DNA from: Promethearchaeati archaeon
GTDB taxonomy: Archaea > Asgardarchaeota > Heimdallarchaeia > Heimdallarchaeales > Heimdallarchaeaceae
NCBI GenBank assembly: GCA_013166775.1
Contig: JABLTJ010000004.1
Span: forward strand, 64,001-128,000
Direction: 5' to 3'
DNA: 64,000 nucleotides
In this document: positions 9,792 to 20,271 of the stretch, one piece after another
Layout: every line of letters starts with the position of its first letter
Numbering within the stretch: the first letter of the stretch is position 1
Notes under the pieces: model-generated
The model's database searches: none
Seen by the model: the letters and a program-made list of their open reading frames with translations, nothing else
What the model was told of the DNA's origin: nothing
Position numbers and translations under genes: made by a program

Positions 9792-12700
9792 GTGAGGTCT
9801 ATGACAAAGCAATTCCCCTACGATTTATGGATATCTACAGGTAGTGACGCAGGAATAAGTTTTGCAACTGTAGGAAAGTTAGCAAAAGATTCTAGTATGA
9901 TGCAAGGGATTCTTCTTTCACTTCAGAATTTAATGTCTACAGAGGTTGATGTAACAAACTCTCAATTCATGACAGGGGAAAATGAATTCGTCAAATTTGG
10001 TACTTTTACACTTGCTGAGGAAGCAGATGATGTTGTAGTTCAATATGTAGTGAAATCTGAACAAGCAAGAAAACTCTCAAGATATGATGAACAGATAGTA
10101 CAAGAATTAGCATTAGCATTCTGTAGATTTATTATTCTTACTCCGAATTTTCATCAGAATTTATCTGCAGGAAAAATGATATCAGCAAACTATGTAACAA
10201 AATCATTTCTCAAAGCATGTACAATAGCAAAACAGAAGATATCGGTTCCTGTGAATAATAAAGGATTAGTTGAGAAAGTACATAAGTATTTACAAGTAAT
10301 TGAAAATGATCCAATAAAATTCCCAACTCTAGTTCAACTTAAAAATATCGATGAATGGATAGGAGGAGATGAAAATTCTTGGGATAAGGGGTCAATAGTA
10401 TCTTTTAAGAGACAATTGTTAGTTCAGATGGTAGCACAAGATATTCTCTATCAGATACTGATAGATGATCCTTTCATTGCCCTCGAATATGAAAACCCTA
10501 GGTATGCAATAGATGAAATTCGTAACCTCATTGAGAATTATCTAAGAAAGAAAGAAGTTCAACCTCAAGAGCTTATTGAACAACATCTTTCCAAAAACAT
10601 GGAAAAATTAATTTCTAAACAACTTAAAGCTCTTACTATTGATGAAATCCATTCAGCAAATTCATTCATTTCACATAAACTCGCTAAAGAGGTGATTTAT
10701 TCAATTGCTAAAAAAACTCCTCTTCTATCATTGGTCGATTTTAGAGACATTCCTCTCTATTCAACAATTCAAAAACATATCAGCGCTGTTACTGATGTTC
10801 CTCATGTAGGTAGTATGATATGTGATGCGCTCATAGAAGATGTTTCACCGTTAGTTCTTCAAGGTGCTCGATTATTTTATAATCAATTAATAGATCCTTT
10901 TGTAGGAAGGAAGCTACCAAACAGTATTTGGAATGTAATAATTAATTTTACATATTCTATTCTAGAAGAAAGGAAAATAGAATCTGATAAGAATAAACAA
11001 GCTAGAACATCCATAGAAGTGAAGAGGAACTTAATTCTTGATAGAATATCTAAATTAACAGTTCTCCAATCTGACTGGATTAAAGACCTCACGAAGCGAT
11101 TCAAAGAAATTGGAATTGGACAGCAATTGCAGGTTTCAAATATAGAAGAATCGGTTTTATTTGCTAATGCTCTGGAGCGAGCAATAATCACAACTCTAGA
11201 AAAAATGATCAAGGACCAGATGTTCAACTCCACTCTAGGTGATATATACAAGTATATGATGAATTCTTTCAAAAACTTAGCACCAAAAACTGTTCTAGTA
11301 GAGATACTCTCTAATATTACAAGAGATATTAAAGAAAAGAATTATGAAACTGCTCCTCAAATGAGTTTGAGTGCTAAGGATCTGATTGGATCAGCAATAG
11401 ATGAGGGGACTGTAAAAGCATACGTAAACTCAGTTCCAGTTCAAATAAAACGTTCTATTTTCGGACGATCAAACTTAAGATTTGATGGAAGAACTATTTC
11501 TTCTTCAGAGTTACTTCAGAAGAACGGGTTAACAATAAGTATAAGTAACAAAATAATACCATTACGGCACTTTGAGCAAGATGCTGAATTTCTAGTTACA
11601 TGTTTTAAAAATTCCAAAATACTCCGAAGAGCTTACGCTAAAGCTATCTTAAGAGGAATGATAACATCTTATCTTCAACAGCTTTTCAACTTCGAAGAAC
11701 AGGTGATAAATAGACTTGATTCACTAATAACAGCATTCAGTAGAGAATTGGCATCTAAGTTAATTCCTGCTCATAGATTAAATGAAATAAAAGATCCATT
11801 TCCAACATTTCCAATGATAAGGAATATTCCACAAAAATTCAAAGGAAGGGGTTTCCACGAGAAATGTCAAGAAAGTTGGAATATACAAGCACCAAGAACA
11901 TTTAAAGTGGTTCAAGACATTCTAAATGGTTTCTCGGCATTAAGATCGAATGACCTAAATTACAAGAAAAAAGCTATGAGATTATATAGTAGAGCTATAA
12001 AGGAACTTAAAGATATAAGAAAACGTCTACTAAAAAGTTGGAATCCATTAAACAATCAAATGACTAAATTAGTAGAAAAATGGTCAAAAGATGTAAGTGT
12101 TGATCTTTCTGCTCATTTAGATACAGTTAGTCGAAAAGTAAGGGATTGGGTGGGTGATATATTTAAAATACAAAGGCTTGATTATGGTAGATTTACAATT
12201 TCTACTGAACAATGCCAAAAAGAAATAATTGAAACACTTAATCAAATAAATCCTCGAGAAATAGTAGAATTACCAAAGAATTTCATGGAGATAGCTATCT
12301 CAATTCTACTCTATAGACGAATTCCAGAATATGTTATTGATGAATCATATAATCAGATGATAAGTGGAGAAAAGAAAGTCGCAGATGCTGTATTGAAAGC
12401 CTGGAGTAAAAGTAAATCAAGAAGTGATTTTGAGAATAATCTCTATCTTAACATGAGAGTATTAGGTAATACTTTTACAAAGATGATTAACACATATGGA
12501 AGATTGATTAGTACGTTCTTCGTTCAAAACGATATAGAATTATCAAGCGATAAACAAGGATATTATATTACTTTGGGACGTATTTCAAAAGAGGTTTATA
12601 CTTCCAAAATGGATATTCTTTCAGTTCTACAATTTCCTAACGTTGAACCTATTGCAGCAGAAGATGATTGGGAGATTCGATTATATTTAGAGCCTAAATA

Positions 12701-12944
12701 TAAGAAGGAAATGGATAAGTATAGAGATCGTCTTATTGTGATGAGTGATGTAGTAGGATTTACTGCAAGAATAAAATTCGATGAATTCACGGGGCCAGTT
12801 ATTGAAGGTATTAAATCTGTTATTCCCTATCTAATCAAAAACGGAGAAGCTAATGTAATTGATCTTTCTGAAACAATCAAGGAAGCTTTATTCATGTTAT
12901 CTGAATATCCTACTCAAATTGTTGATAAGAAAGGGAAGAAATGA
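9792..12944 (+). CDS. Large hypothetical protein with probable N-terminal longin-like domain and helical body
   Basis: 1050-aa ORF; N-terminus DLWIST..AGISFATVG...MMQGILLSLQNLM follows the beta-beta-alpha pattern of longin domains. Confidence 0.6.
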   Translation: MRSMTKQFPYDLWISTGSDAGISFATVGKLAKDSSMMQGILLSLQNLMSTEVDVTNSQFMTGENEFVKFGTFTLAEEADDVVVQYVVKSEQARKLSRYDEQIVQELALAFCRFIILTPNFHQNLSAGKMISANYVTKSFLKACTIAKQKISVPVNNKGLVEKVHKYLQVIENDPIKFPTLVQLKNIDEWIGGDENSWDKGSIVSFKRQLLVQMVAQDILYQILIDDPFIALEYENPRYAIDEIRNLIENYLRKKEVQPQELIEQHLSKNMEKLISKQLKALTIDEIHSANSFISHKLAKEVIYSIAKKTPLLSLVDFRDIPLYSTIQKHISAVTDVPHVGSMICDALIEDVSPLVLQGARLFYNQLIDPFVGRKLPNSIWNVIINFTYSILEERKIESDKNKQARTSIEVKRNLILDRISKLTVLQSDWIKDLTKRFKEIGIGQQLQVSNIEESVLFANALERAIITTLEKMIKDQMFNSTLGDIYKYMMNSFKNLAPKTVLVEILSNITRDIKEKNYETAPQMSLSAKDLIGSAIDEGTVKAYVNSVPVQIKRSIFGRSNLRFDGRTISSSELLQKNGLTISISNKIIPLRHFEQDAEFLVTCFKNSKILRRAYAKAILRGMITSYLQQLFNFEEQVINRLDSLITAFSRELASKLIPAHRLNEIKDPFPTFPMIRNIPQKFKGRGFHEKCQESWNIQAPRTFKVVQDILNGFSALRSNDLNYKKKAMRLYSRAIKELKDIRKRLLKSWNPLNNQMTKLVEKWSKDVSVDLSAHLDTVSRKVRDWVGDIFKIQRLDYGRFTISTEQCQKEIIETLNQINPREIVELPKNFMEIAISILLYRRIPEYVIDESYNQMISGEKKVADAVLKAWSKSKSRSDFENNLYLNMRVLGNTFTKMINTYGRLISTFFVQNDIELSSDKQGYYITLGRISKEVYTSKMDILSVLQFPNVEPIAAEDDWEIRLYLEPKYKKEMDKYRDRLIVMSDVVGFTARIKFDEFTGPVIEGIKSVIPYLIKNGEANVIDLSETIKEALFMLSEYPTQIVDKKGKK

Positions 12945-12945
12945 A

Positions 12946-13665
12946 TCAGTTTCTTGGTCCAAAAATAGCAGTCCCCACCCTAATCATTGTTGAACCTTCT
13001 TCTATTGCAACATTGAAATCATTTGACATACCCATTGAAAGTTGAGGTTTTTCTACATCCAACAAAGGAACAATTTTTTCTATGAAATACTTGTGAGTTC
13101 TTGAAAAGAATTTTCTAAGTTTAATTTGATCAACTTCATACTCTAAAGGAGCTATTGTCATAATACCTTGAATTTCAACGTTTGAGTATTTTTCTACTGA
13201 TTTGATAAACTTCAATAAAGTATTCATATCAAGTCCTTTAGGAAAAACTGAATTACTAAAATCAACTTGAATGAAAATTGGATATTTTATTTCTCTCGAT
13301 TGAGCTCTTCTATTTATTAGTGAAAAAATTTTCTCTGTTTGGATGCTTTGTATGAGATTACAGTTCTCAACAGCATATTTTACTTTATTTGATTGCATTT
13401 TCCCAACTATATGCATCTGTGTTGATGATGAATAATCTGTTATCAGAGGGAGTTTTTTCTTAAGTTCTGTCCCTGCGATTTCTCCAATAATTTCTAGCCC
13501 TGCATCTATTGCGAGCTTTATTCTATCAAATTCTATACGTTTCGAAACACCTACAATAGTAATCTCGCTTGGATTCCTTCCTACTTTTTCTGAGTAATCC
13601 TCTACCTGTTGAAGAACTTTTTTAAAATTGGATTGAACATCTATTTTTTGAGGATTTTCAGACAT
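12946..13665 (-). CDS. yggS: PLP homeostasis protein YggS/PLPBP
   Basis: IVGVSK, HIVGKMQSNK, GIMTI, LSMGMSNDF..AIEEGSTMIRVGTAIFG. Confidence 0.93.
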   Translation of the reverse strand: MSENPQKIDVQSNFKKVLQQVEDYSEKVGRNPSEITIVGVSKRIEFDRIKLAIDAGLEIIGEIAGTELKKKLPLITDYSSSTQMHIVGKMQSNKVKYAVENCNLIQSIQTEKIFSLINRRAQSREIKYPIFIQVDFSNSVFPKGLDMNTLLKFIKSVEKYSNVEIQGIMTIAPLEYEVDQIKLRKFFSRTHKYFIEKIVPLLDVEKPQLSMGMSNDFNVAIEEGSTMIRVGTAIFGPRN

Positions 13666-13722
13666 TAAATAAACATTTTCCGGATAAACATAAAGATATT
13701 GCTAAAGACATTTTCCTTTTTT

Positions 13723-14544
13723 TCATTTATCTATATTGTCAAGTTTGGTCTGATCAATATCATATAAAACACGTCCTTCCATCCCTCCATGAACCATAAT
13801 TGTCTCCCCATTTAGATGACTTGCTACTCTATCTGATAGAAGAAATACAGTCAAAGAAGCAATATCAAACGGTGTAGCTATTTTTTGAATTGGTATACTT
13901 TGCAGAATCTTGCGTACAACTTTATCGTCTTTCAATGATTCTTTTGCCATTGGAGTGTTTACCCATCCGGGAGCTACAGTATTCACTCTTCCTAATTTCG
14001 CAAATGAAACAATTTCATTCTTCCAAGTTTTTGTTAAACCATACATCAAAGCTGCTTTTGTCGCAGAATAATCAGCATGTCCAGCTTCACCAAACAAACC
14101 AGCGGTTGAACCAATTAGCACTAAAGATGCATTATCTTCAGGATAATTTTCAAGATTAAGGAAGAACTCTTTAACGCACAGAAAAACACCAGTTAGATTA
14201 ACTTGTATGATGTTTTCCCATTGTTTCAAACTCATTTTTGATGTTAAAATACTATCAGAAACCCATATTCCTGCATTAGCTACTAATCCATCTATTCTTC
14301 CAAAGTGTTCTGTTGATGTTTTAAAGAATTTCTTCACTTCATCTTCTTTTCTCAAATCACACTGTATAAAATTGATATTTTGGTTATTGTATGATTCTGC
14401 TAACTCTCTGGCTTTCTGAATATTCTTGAAGTATAGCACACTTATCTTTGCTCCCTCTTTGTAGAGCAAAGAAATAATTGCTTCTCCTATTCCTCCTGTT
14501 CCCCCAGTAATAACAAAATGCTTGTTACCAAGTTTTAAATCCAT
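13723..14544 (-). CDS. Short-chain dehydrogenase/reductase
   Basis: TGGTGGIG, NAG, YSATK, VAPGWVNT. Confidence 0.92.
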   Translation of the reverse strand: MDLKLGNKHFVITGGTGGIGEAIISLLYKEGAKISVLYFKNIQKARELAESYNNQNINFIQCDLRKEDEVKKFFKTSTEHFGRIDGLVANAGIWVSDSILTSKMSLKQWENIIQVNLTGVFLCVKEFFLNLENYPEDNASLVLIGSTAGLFGEAGHADYSATKAALMYGLTKTWKNEIVSFAKLGRVNTVAPGWVNTPMAKESLKDDKVVRKILQSIPIQKIATPFDIASLTVFLLSDRVASHLNGETIMVHGGMEGRVLYDIDQTKLDNIDK

Positions 14545-14636
14545 GATAATATCTTTGTTTCGGTTATTTTAAAGTTAATCTATTATTTAAATCAAATAAA
14601 CTTAAAGAAAAAATAGAAAAAAGAAAGGTTAGAAGA

Positions 14637-17504
14637 TTATTTTCTTCTTTTTGTGAATATTACTGCGCTTGAAATAGCTGCTAGTCCTATGATACTTAGA
14701 ATGGTTACTAATCCAAACTCTGGTACTAATGGTAAAGTACCTATTATAGCGTCGAGATGAGGTATTGAAGCAATATCTGAAGCAACTATTATTTCTAGAT
14801 AAGCTTCCATACCCATACCATTCATACCATAATCTGGAATTTGACCGATGACGAAATCAAAGCTTGTCTTAACTCCTCCACCTAGAACTTGACCAGTAAA
14901 GTAATCAATTCCTACCCATATGTAGCCTTTTATCCAACCATCCAAAGAACTAGTTTCCCATTCATAGTCTCCGTTCAACATACCAAACTCAAAGTCTACT
15001 GCTACATCAATTGAGATATAATTATACATTACGTCTAGACCTGCATCTGAGTAATAGAACGAATCGACAACTGGATTAAAGATTAGTTGGTTGAGAACCA
15101 CATTGGTGTTTTGTCCAGCGAGTAGAGTTAGAGCTTCTACAAAGTAATCTAAATTACCTATGACTGAAGTTACCGTAGTAAACATTCCATCCAGCAAGTC
15201 CCAATCTGGTAAGAATTGAGGTCCTGCAGGGTAAATCATTGGATATGAGTATGTATCAATTTCTGGTGTTGACAAAGGTTCTGAAGGATTAGTTAATTCC
15301 GTTGAGAAATTAGCCCAAAGACCTTCATAGCGATCAACAGTTACGGTTAGAAATTCATTACCAATGGCATCTAAACCACCTGTTTTGAATTGAGTTAATC
15401 CATCGACAAACTCTTGTGGTGCAATTGCAGGTATGTCATAGTAGAAAACAAAATCATCAATGCTGTAGGTCCAAGATTCATCAGTAAAGTCTGTAAATGT
15501 TACTGTTTCTGTTTTTCCGTAATTTAGCTCTATAACCATATCTACATACACATCAGTTAGAGAATAGAAATCTAAACTCAAGGAGACGTTTAGCAACATC
15601 CCATCGGTAGTATTATAGCCCCAGTAAACATCTTGTGTCATACCTGGTTCTGTCATATCCATATGCAGTTCGAATAGGAAATAGTTGTTAATATCATCAT
15701 AGGTTGTATTGAAACCTGGTGATTCATATTCTGGTGTGTCATTCATAGCAACATCTATATCATCTAAGCTCTCCCAATTAGTGTCAGGTGCATAGATTGA
15801 CTGCATTGGTACAAAAGTTTCTGTAAATGGCCAGTAGTCATAAGATCCATGCAAGAATTCATATTTATAATCTCCCATAACATTCATGGCAAATTCTAAA
15901 TCTGTAAACATTGTCAAAGGAATTGGGATTGGAATTATAGAACCAGTTGAAATATCTAATTCAGCATCGGGTAGATTCATTGTATAAAATGGTCCATTAG
16001 ACCATAACCACATCATAGGATCAGGACTGTTTACTAGTGTAGAAAAGATAAAACCATTATGATAACCATCATAGAATTGGCTTTCATATGCATAGTTTGC
16101 TCCATCGCGATATTCGGTTGTTCCAGCTGGATTAGGTAGTACAGGTATTGGATTTTCAGTAAGAGCTCCTGCTATTTTATCAGCAGCTCCATCTGCGAAA
16201 CCATCAAAATATCCTTTAGAACCATAGTCCCACATTCCATTAAGATAGTCTAATCCGTAATTAGTATCTGGATCATTAAATCCGTCCTCATACGCCCAAT
16301 CATAGCCATCCTTTATTCCCCAGTTATAACCATCTTCCCAGGAATCTTCTGGATTCCAATAATAGTTTACTGGAAGATTATAATTTGGACCTGGAAAAAC
16401 TCCACCGTCATCCCAAGTACCATGGTCAAATCCACCATAGTTATGATATCCATTATCGAAACCACTTTTATATCCAGACATCCAGGTATTCCACTCTGCA
16501 TCATAGAGATCATGATATAATTCTCTATTGAAATATTCAATAGCTCCTTGATATAGATATCCTTGACCATAGTACATATCGTACCATCTGCTATAGTGTT
16601 CATAGTAAGCAAGATCGAAGAGATTAGTGATTGCTGGAGGTGTTGGGGGAGTCTTATCAGGTATTCTATAAGTTGATAGATAATCAGTTTCTCCACTGGA
16701 GAAACCATTATCTCTAGCGTCAAAGAAACCATCATAGAAACCGTCTAATGCAGTAAAATTATCAAACCAAGCAAGGTTTTTTACACTGACTTCAGAAGCT
16801 CGGTAGCCCATCTCCCATCCGATACACTTTCCTAAATCTCTAGCAAAGTCATAAATTTGGCTTTCACCATAATTATTTTCATTTGGCCACCAGAAAGGAT
16901 TGTATGATCCCCAATCATAATAGTGAGTTTGCCATCCCCAATAGAATTCATCGAGGAAGGTTTGATTAAATCCATTCCAGAATTCGTCAGAGTCAATTGT
17001 GTTATCAAAATCACCCCATACCCAGTAGTCTTTGTAGTTGTTTATGTTGGTATCTACAAAATCATCAGGGAAAGAAAACATTGATGCATTGAGATATGCC
17101 ATTAGGTCGCTGTTTAGTTTAAGGTAAGTAAACGTTTGGAATGCATTTTCCCAGGTCTGGTTTTCATACGTATAATCGAAATCATCATCATATTGCCATA
17201 GTGGTAAAGTGTCCATAGCTGTAATATAAGCTATAATTTCACTTCCTTCAAATGTACCATCAAAACCATAGTCAAAATCTGGTGCTTCAATTGGTAGAAT
17301 AAGGTCTAGAATTTCTAGAAAACCTTCACCATAATCGAAAGTTGTCATGTCATAAACATATTTTGATCCAGCATCAAATGCTTCAAATTTTGGAGCATCA
17401 TCTGTAGAATCATCCCATGTCGCATTTATTACATTAGACATTGGTGAAACTATAGGCAGTAATATTAGCAATAGGCTTATTCCTAAAATTATTCGTTTTT
17501 TCAT
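14637..17504 (-). CDS. Acidic cell-surface protein with PEF(G)-CTERM-like sorting signal
   Basis: Signal peptide; D/Y/G-rich body; ends VPEFG-TM-KRRK. Confidence 0.8.
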   Translation of the reverse strand: MKKRIILGISLLLILLPIVSPMSNVINATWDDSTDDAPKFEAFDAGSKYVYDMTTFDYGEGFLEILDLILPIEAPDFDYGFDGTFEGSEIIAYITAMDTLPLWQYDDDFDYTYENQTWENAFQTFTYLKLNSDLMAYLNASMFSFPDDFVDTNINNYKDYWVWGDFDNTIDSDEFWNGFNQTFLDEFYWGWQTHYYDWGSYNPFWWPNENNYGESQIYDFARDLGKCIGWEMGYRASEVSVKNLAWFDNFTALDGFYDGFFDARDNGFSSGETDYLSTYRIPDKTPPTPPAITNLFDLAYYEHYSRWYDMYYGQGYLYQGAIEYFNRELYHDLYDAEWNTWMSGYKSGFDNGYHNYGGFDHGTWDDGGVFPGPNYNLPVNYYWNPEDSWEDGYNWGIKDGYDWAYEDGFNDPDTNYGLDYLNGMWDYGSKGYFDGFADGAADKIAGALTENPIPVLPNPAGTTEYRDGANYAYESQFYDGYHNGFIFSTLVNSPDPMMWLWSNGPFYTMNLPDAELDISTGSIIPIPIPLTMFTDLEFAMNVMGDYKYEFLHGSYDYWPFTETFVPMQSIYAPDTNWESLDDIDVAMNDTPEYESPGFNTTYDDINNYFLFELHMDMTEPGMTQDVYWGYNTTDGMLLNVSLSLDFYSLTDVYVDMVIELNYGKTETVTFTDFTDESWTYSIDDFVFYYDIPAIAPQEFVDGLTQFKTGGLDAIGNEFLTVTVDRYEGLWANFSTELTNPSEPLSTPEIDTYSYPMIYPAGPQFLPDWDLLDGMFTTVTSVIGNLDYFVEALTLLAGQNTNVVLNQLIFNPVVDSFYYSDAGLDVMYNYISIDVAVDFEFGMLNGDYEWETSSLDGWIKGYIWVGIDYFTGQVLGGGVKTSFDFVIGQIPDYGMNGMGMEAYLEIIVASDIASIPHLDAIIGTLPLVPEFGLVTILSIIGLAAISSAVIFTKRRK

Positions 17505-17664
17505 ATATTTGAACCCCTTAGGAGTCTAATATATCTATCCAGACTTATATTTAAAAACATAATGTTCGTTTTTTTTCGAGGAAGTAAATCTGAGTATATA
17601 AAATCATTGAATTGCTATACAATGAATAAAACGAATAAAGATGAAAATTATACTAAAACATGGT

Positions 17665-17853
17665 TTAATCTAATTCTGTTGGTTGCTCAAACTGACTACC
17701 AAAGAACTCGAAGACATGGTAACTTCCACATTCGGGACAATGGAATGTAAGTGTAAAAGCTTTCTTTCTATCATCCCCAACAAATTCATGTTCTATTTCT
17801 TTTTCACAGAATTTGCAGTAGAAATTTAGTTTGGGTTTATTTTCTGCGGACAT
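17665..17853 (-). CDS. Small zinc-ribbon protein
   Basis: CKFC...CPECG in 62 aa; co-oriented with flanking genes. Confidence 0.65.
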   Translation of the reverse strand: MSAENKPKLNFYCKFCEKEIEHEFVGDDRKKAFTLTFHCPECGSYHVFEFFGSQFEQPTELD

Positions 17854-17910
17854 CTTCCTTCACAATATGATTCTTTAATGTATTTTTAAGTTATTTGCAT
17901 GCAAGCAATT

Positions 17911-19068
17911 CTACAATATATTTTTGAATCTGTCTACAACTTCCTCTATCTGGGGAACACTTACTGATCCAAAGCTAGCTCTTATGTAATTATCTTGATT
18001 GGGACCGAATTCTGTTCCTGGCACAACAACAACATCAGCATCCTCAAAAGCTCTTTCAGAGAAATCTTTTCCATCTGAATATTTGGTTTCCTCAACATTT
18101 GCGTAACAATAGAAGGATCCTTTTGGTCTTTTACATTTTACTCCATCAATTGAGTTAAATCCATCTACTATTGTATTTCGACGTGTTTGGAACTCATTCT
18201 TAACGTATTTTTTGAACTCTTTTGCTTCCTTTGTGTGCATAAAGTTAGCTAAAGCAATTTGCATAGGAGTGGTAGCGTTAGCGATAATATAAGTATGATA
18301 TCTCAGTATAGGTCGTAAAATATCTGGAGTTGTGACTCCAAAACCCATTCTCCATCCTGGTATTGCAAATGTTTTGGAGAAGGAATTTACTGTTATTGTT
18401 TTTTCGTAAGCATCATCTATTGAGGCAATATGTACATGTTTATTATCATCATAAGTATAGTATTCATACACTTCATCACTTAAAATAAAAATATCATTAT
18501 CAACTGCAAGATCAACAATTGCTTTGAGCTCTTCACGAGTCATCACAGCTCCAGTAGGATTACTTGGAAAATTTAAAAAAATGAATTTTGTTTTATCCGT
18601 GATTGATTCTTTTGTTTTTTCGATATCTATTGAGAAATCCTCAGTCGATGGCATCCAAACTATTTTTCCTCCTGCTAAAACTACTTGACGTGGATAGGTA
18701 AGAAAGCAAGGAGCTTGAAGTAAAACCTCATCACCTGGAGTAAGATATGTTTGAAGTGCAACATAAATAATCTGAACACCCCCACACCCAACAATTACTC
18801 CTTCCTCACTACTATAATCAACACCATAATCTTCTTTATAATTCCTTGTTATAGCTTCCCTAAACTCTTTATTACCTGGAGTTAAATCGTAATTGTTAAA
18901 ATTGTTAAAAACTGCATCTTTTAAAGCTTCTTTCAAACCATCTGGTGTGTTAATATCTGGAGCCCCAATACCTAACGAAATCACATTAGCTTTTCCTTTA
19001 GCTTTGGAGAATAATTCTCTAATACCACTTGGTTCAATTTTTTCTAGTTTTTCAGGAAAGAAATTCAT
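17911..19068 (-). CDS. PLP-dependent class I/II aminotransferase (aspartate/aromatic type)
   Basis: PSNPTG, SDEVY, NSFSKTFAIPGWRMG, PG..FG. Confidence 0.93.
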   Translation of the reverse strand: MNFFPEKLEKIEPSGIRELFSKAKGKANVISLGIGAPDINTPDGLKEALKDAVFNNFNNYDLTPGNKEFREAITRNYKEDYGVDYSSEEGVIVGCGGVQIIYVALQTYLTPGDEVLLQAPCFLTYPRQVVLAGGKIVWMPSTEDFSIDIEKTKESITDKTKFIFLNFPSNPTGAVMTREELKAIVDLAVDNDIFILSDEVYEYYTYDDNKHVHIASIDDAYEKTITVNSFSKTFAIPGWRMGFGVTTPDILRPILRYHTYIIANATTPMQIALANFMHTKEAKEFKKYVKNEFQTRRNTIVDGFNSIDGVKCKRPKGSFYCYANVEETKYSDGKDFSERAFEDADVVVVPGTEFGPNQDNYIRASFGSVSVPQIEEVVDRFKNIL

Positions 19069-19128
19069 TAATTATCAAGTTGGCTTTAAACACTATAGAA
19101 TTAAATGTTTTCATTAAAGCTTAAGCAT

Positions 19129-20199
19129 TTATTTTTGTTCTAAAATTTCTACTATCTTATCAGCAGGAGATTCAAGTTTCTCTAGAATACTTTGAACCTG
19201 GTTTCTCATAACAGTTTTATTCACTGGATTCATCAATAAATCCTTTGCTCTAGAAATCGCTTCTTGAAGTGTAAATTCATTAAACAAGGGAATTCCTATG
19301 GATGCTATGTATTCCAATACTTCCAATGGTTTGGGATAATAAGAGATAGAAGGTGTTCCAAGAGCTGCTGCTTCTCTAGCCATAGTTGCTCCACCTGTAA
19401 TGCATAAATCTGAGAAATAGTACAAAGATAGAGTATCTACAGCTTTTGGAGGGATAATAATTTTATTTCCGAACTTCTTCAGAAGGAATTCTTTTTGACT
19501 CTCATATCTTGGAAAAACGATTGCTTTTCCATCATAGACATCAAATATCGCTAACAAAATCTCATCTAAAAGTGTTTGACCTGCCATTTTTTTATCAAGC
19601 ATGTAAGCTGCACTACTCTCTTCTGGTCGAGCTATGATAAATTTATCTTCTTTTGATAAATTCAACATTTCAAGAGTTTCTTCCTTTGCAGAAAAATCTG
19701 TTAGCCAAGCTACTTCATCAATGCCATCATAAGGATAAAACTGTGCATCTAGTGCACCTAATTTTAGCCAGTTTTCTTTTCTAATACTTGAGCTGTAAAC
19801 CAAATATTTTGTTAAGGGTATAGTGAGTTTTCCAACAGCTTTAGCATGTGGTGAATCATTTACATTAATTACAGGTATGCCTAAGCCAAATGCTACTCTA
19901 GTTGATTCAGGGCAAGCAAAGGAAATGTGAATATCAGGCTTTTTTCCTAGATTATGAATATATTCAGCAAGTAAATTTATTCTAGTATTTCCTGCAATGA
20001 GCTTTCCGTATAAAGTCCCCCCACCATGTTTTCCAAGAACTTTAACATCTCTCTTGAGTAGATCAAACAAACTTGAAACGTAATCATATTCTCTACAAGT
20101 AAATATGACTTCATGACCTAGCTTCTCCAATTCAGTAGCTACAGCATCAAATAACAGAGGTTCCTTTGCTGTTACAGCGTCAAACCAGATTATCATCAA
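19129..20199 (-). CDS. DUF354 family GT-B-fold protein
   Basis: IWFDA, GKHGG, RVAFGLGIP, RPEE..AAY, GGATMAREAAALGTPSISYYP. Confidence 0.85.
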   Translation of the reverse strand: MMIIWFDAVTAKEPLLFDAVATELEKLGHEVIFTCREYDYVSSLFDLLKRDVKVLGKHGGGTLYGKLIAGNTRINLLAEYIHNLGKKPDIHISFACPESTRVAFGLGIPVINVNDSPHAKAVGKLTIPLTKYLVYSSSIRKENWLKLGALDAQFYPYDGIDEVAWLTDFSAKEETLEMLNLSKEDKFIIARPEESSAAYMLDKKMAGQTLLDEILLAIFDVYDGKAIVFPRYESQKEFLLKKFGNKIIIPPKAVDTLSLYYFSDLCITGGATMAREAAALGTPSISYYPKPLEVLEYIASIGIPLFNEFTLQEAISRAKDLLMNPVNKTVMRNQVQSILEKLESPADKIVEILEQK

Positions 20200-20271
20200 A
20201 CATCATCTAACTTTATAACAAAAAAACATTATGCTTCATTTTTCAAATAAAAAGAAAGAATGAGAAGAAAA

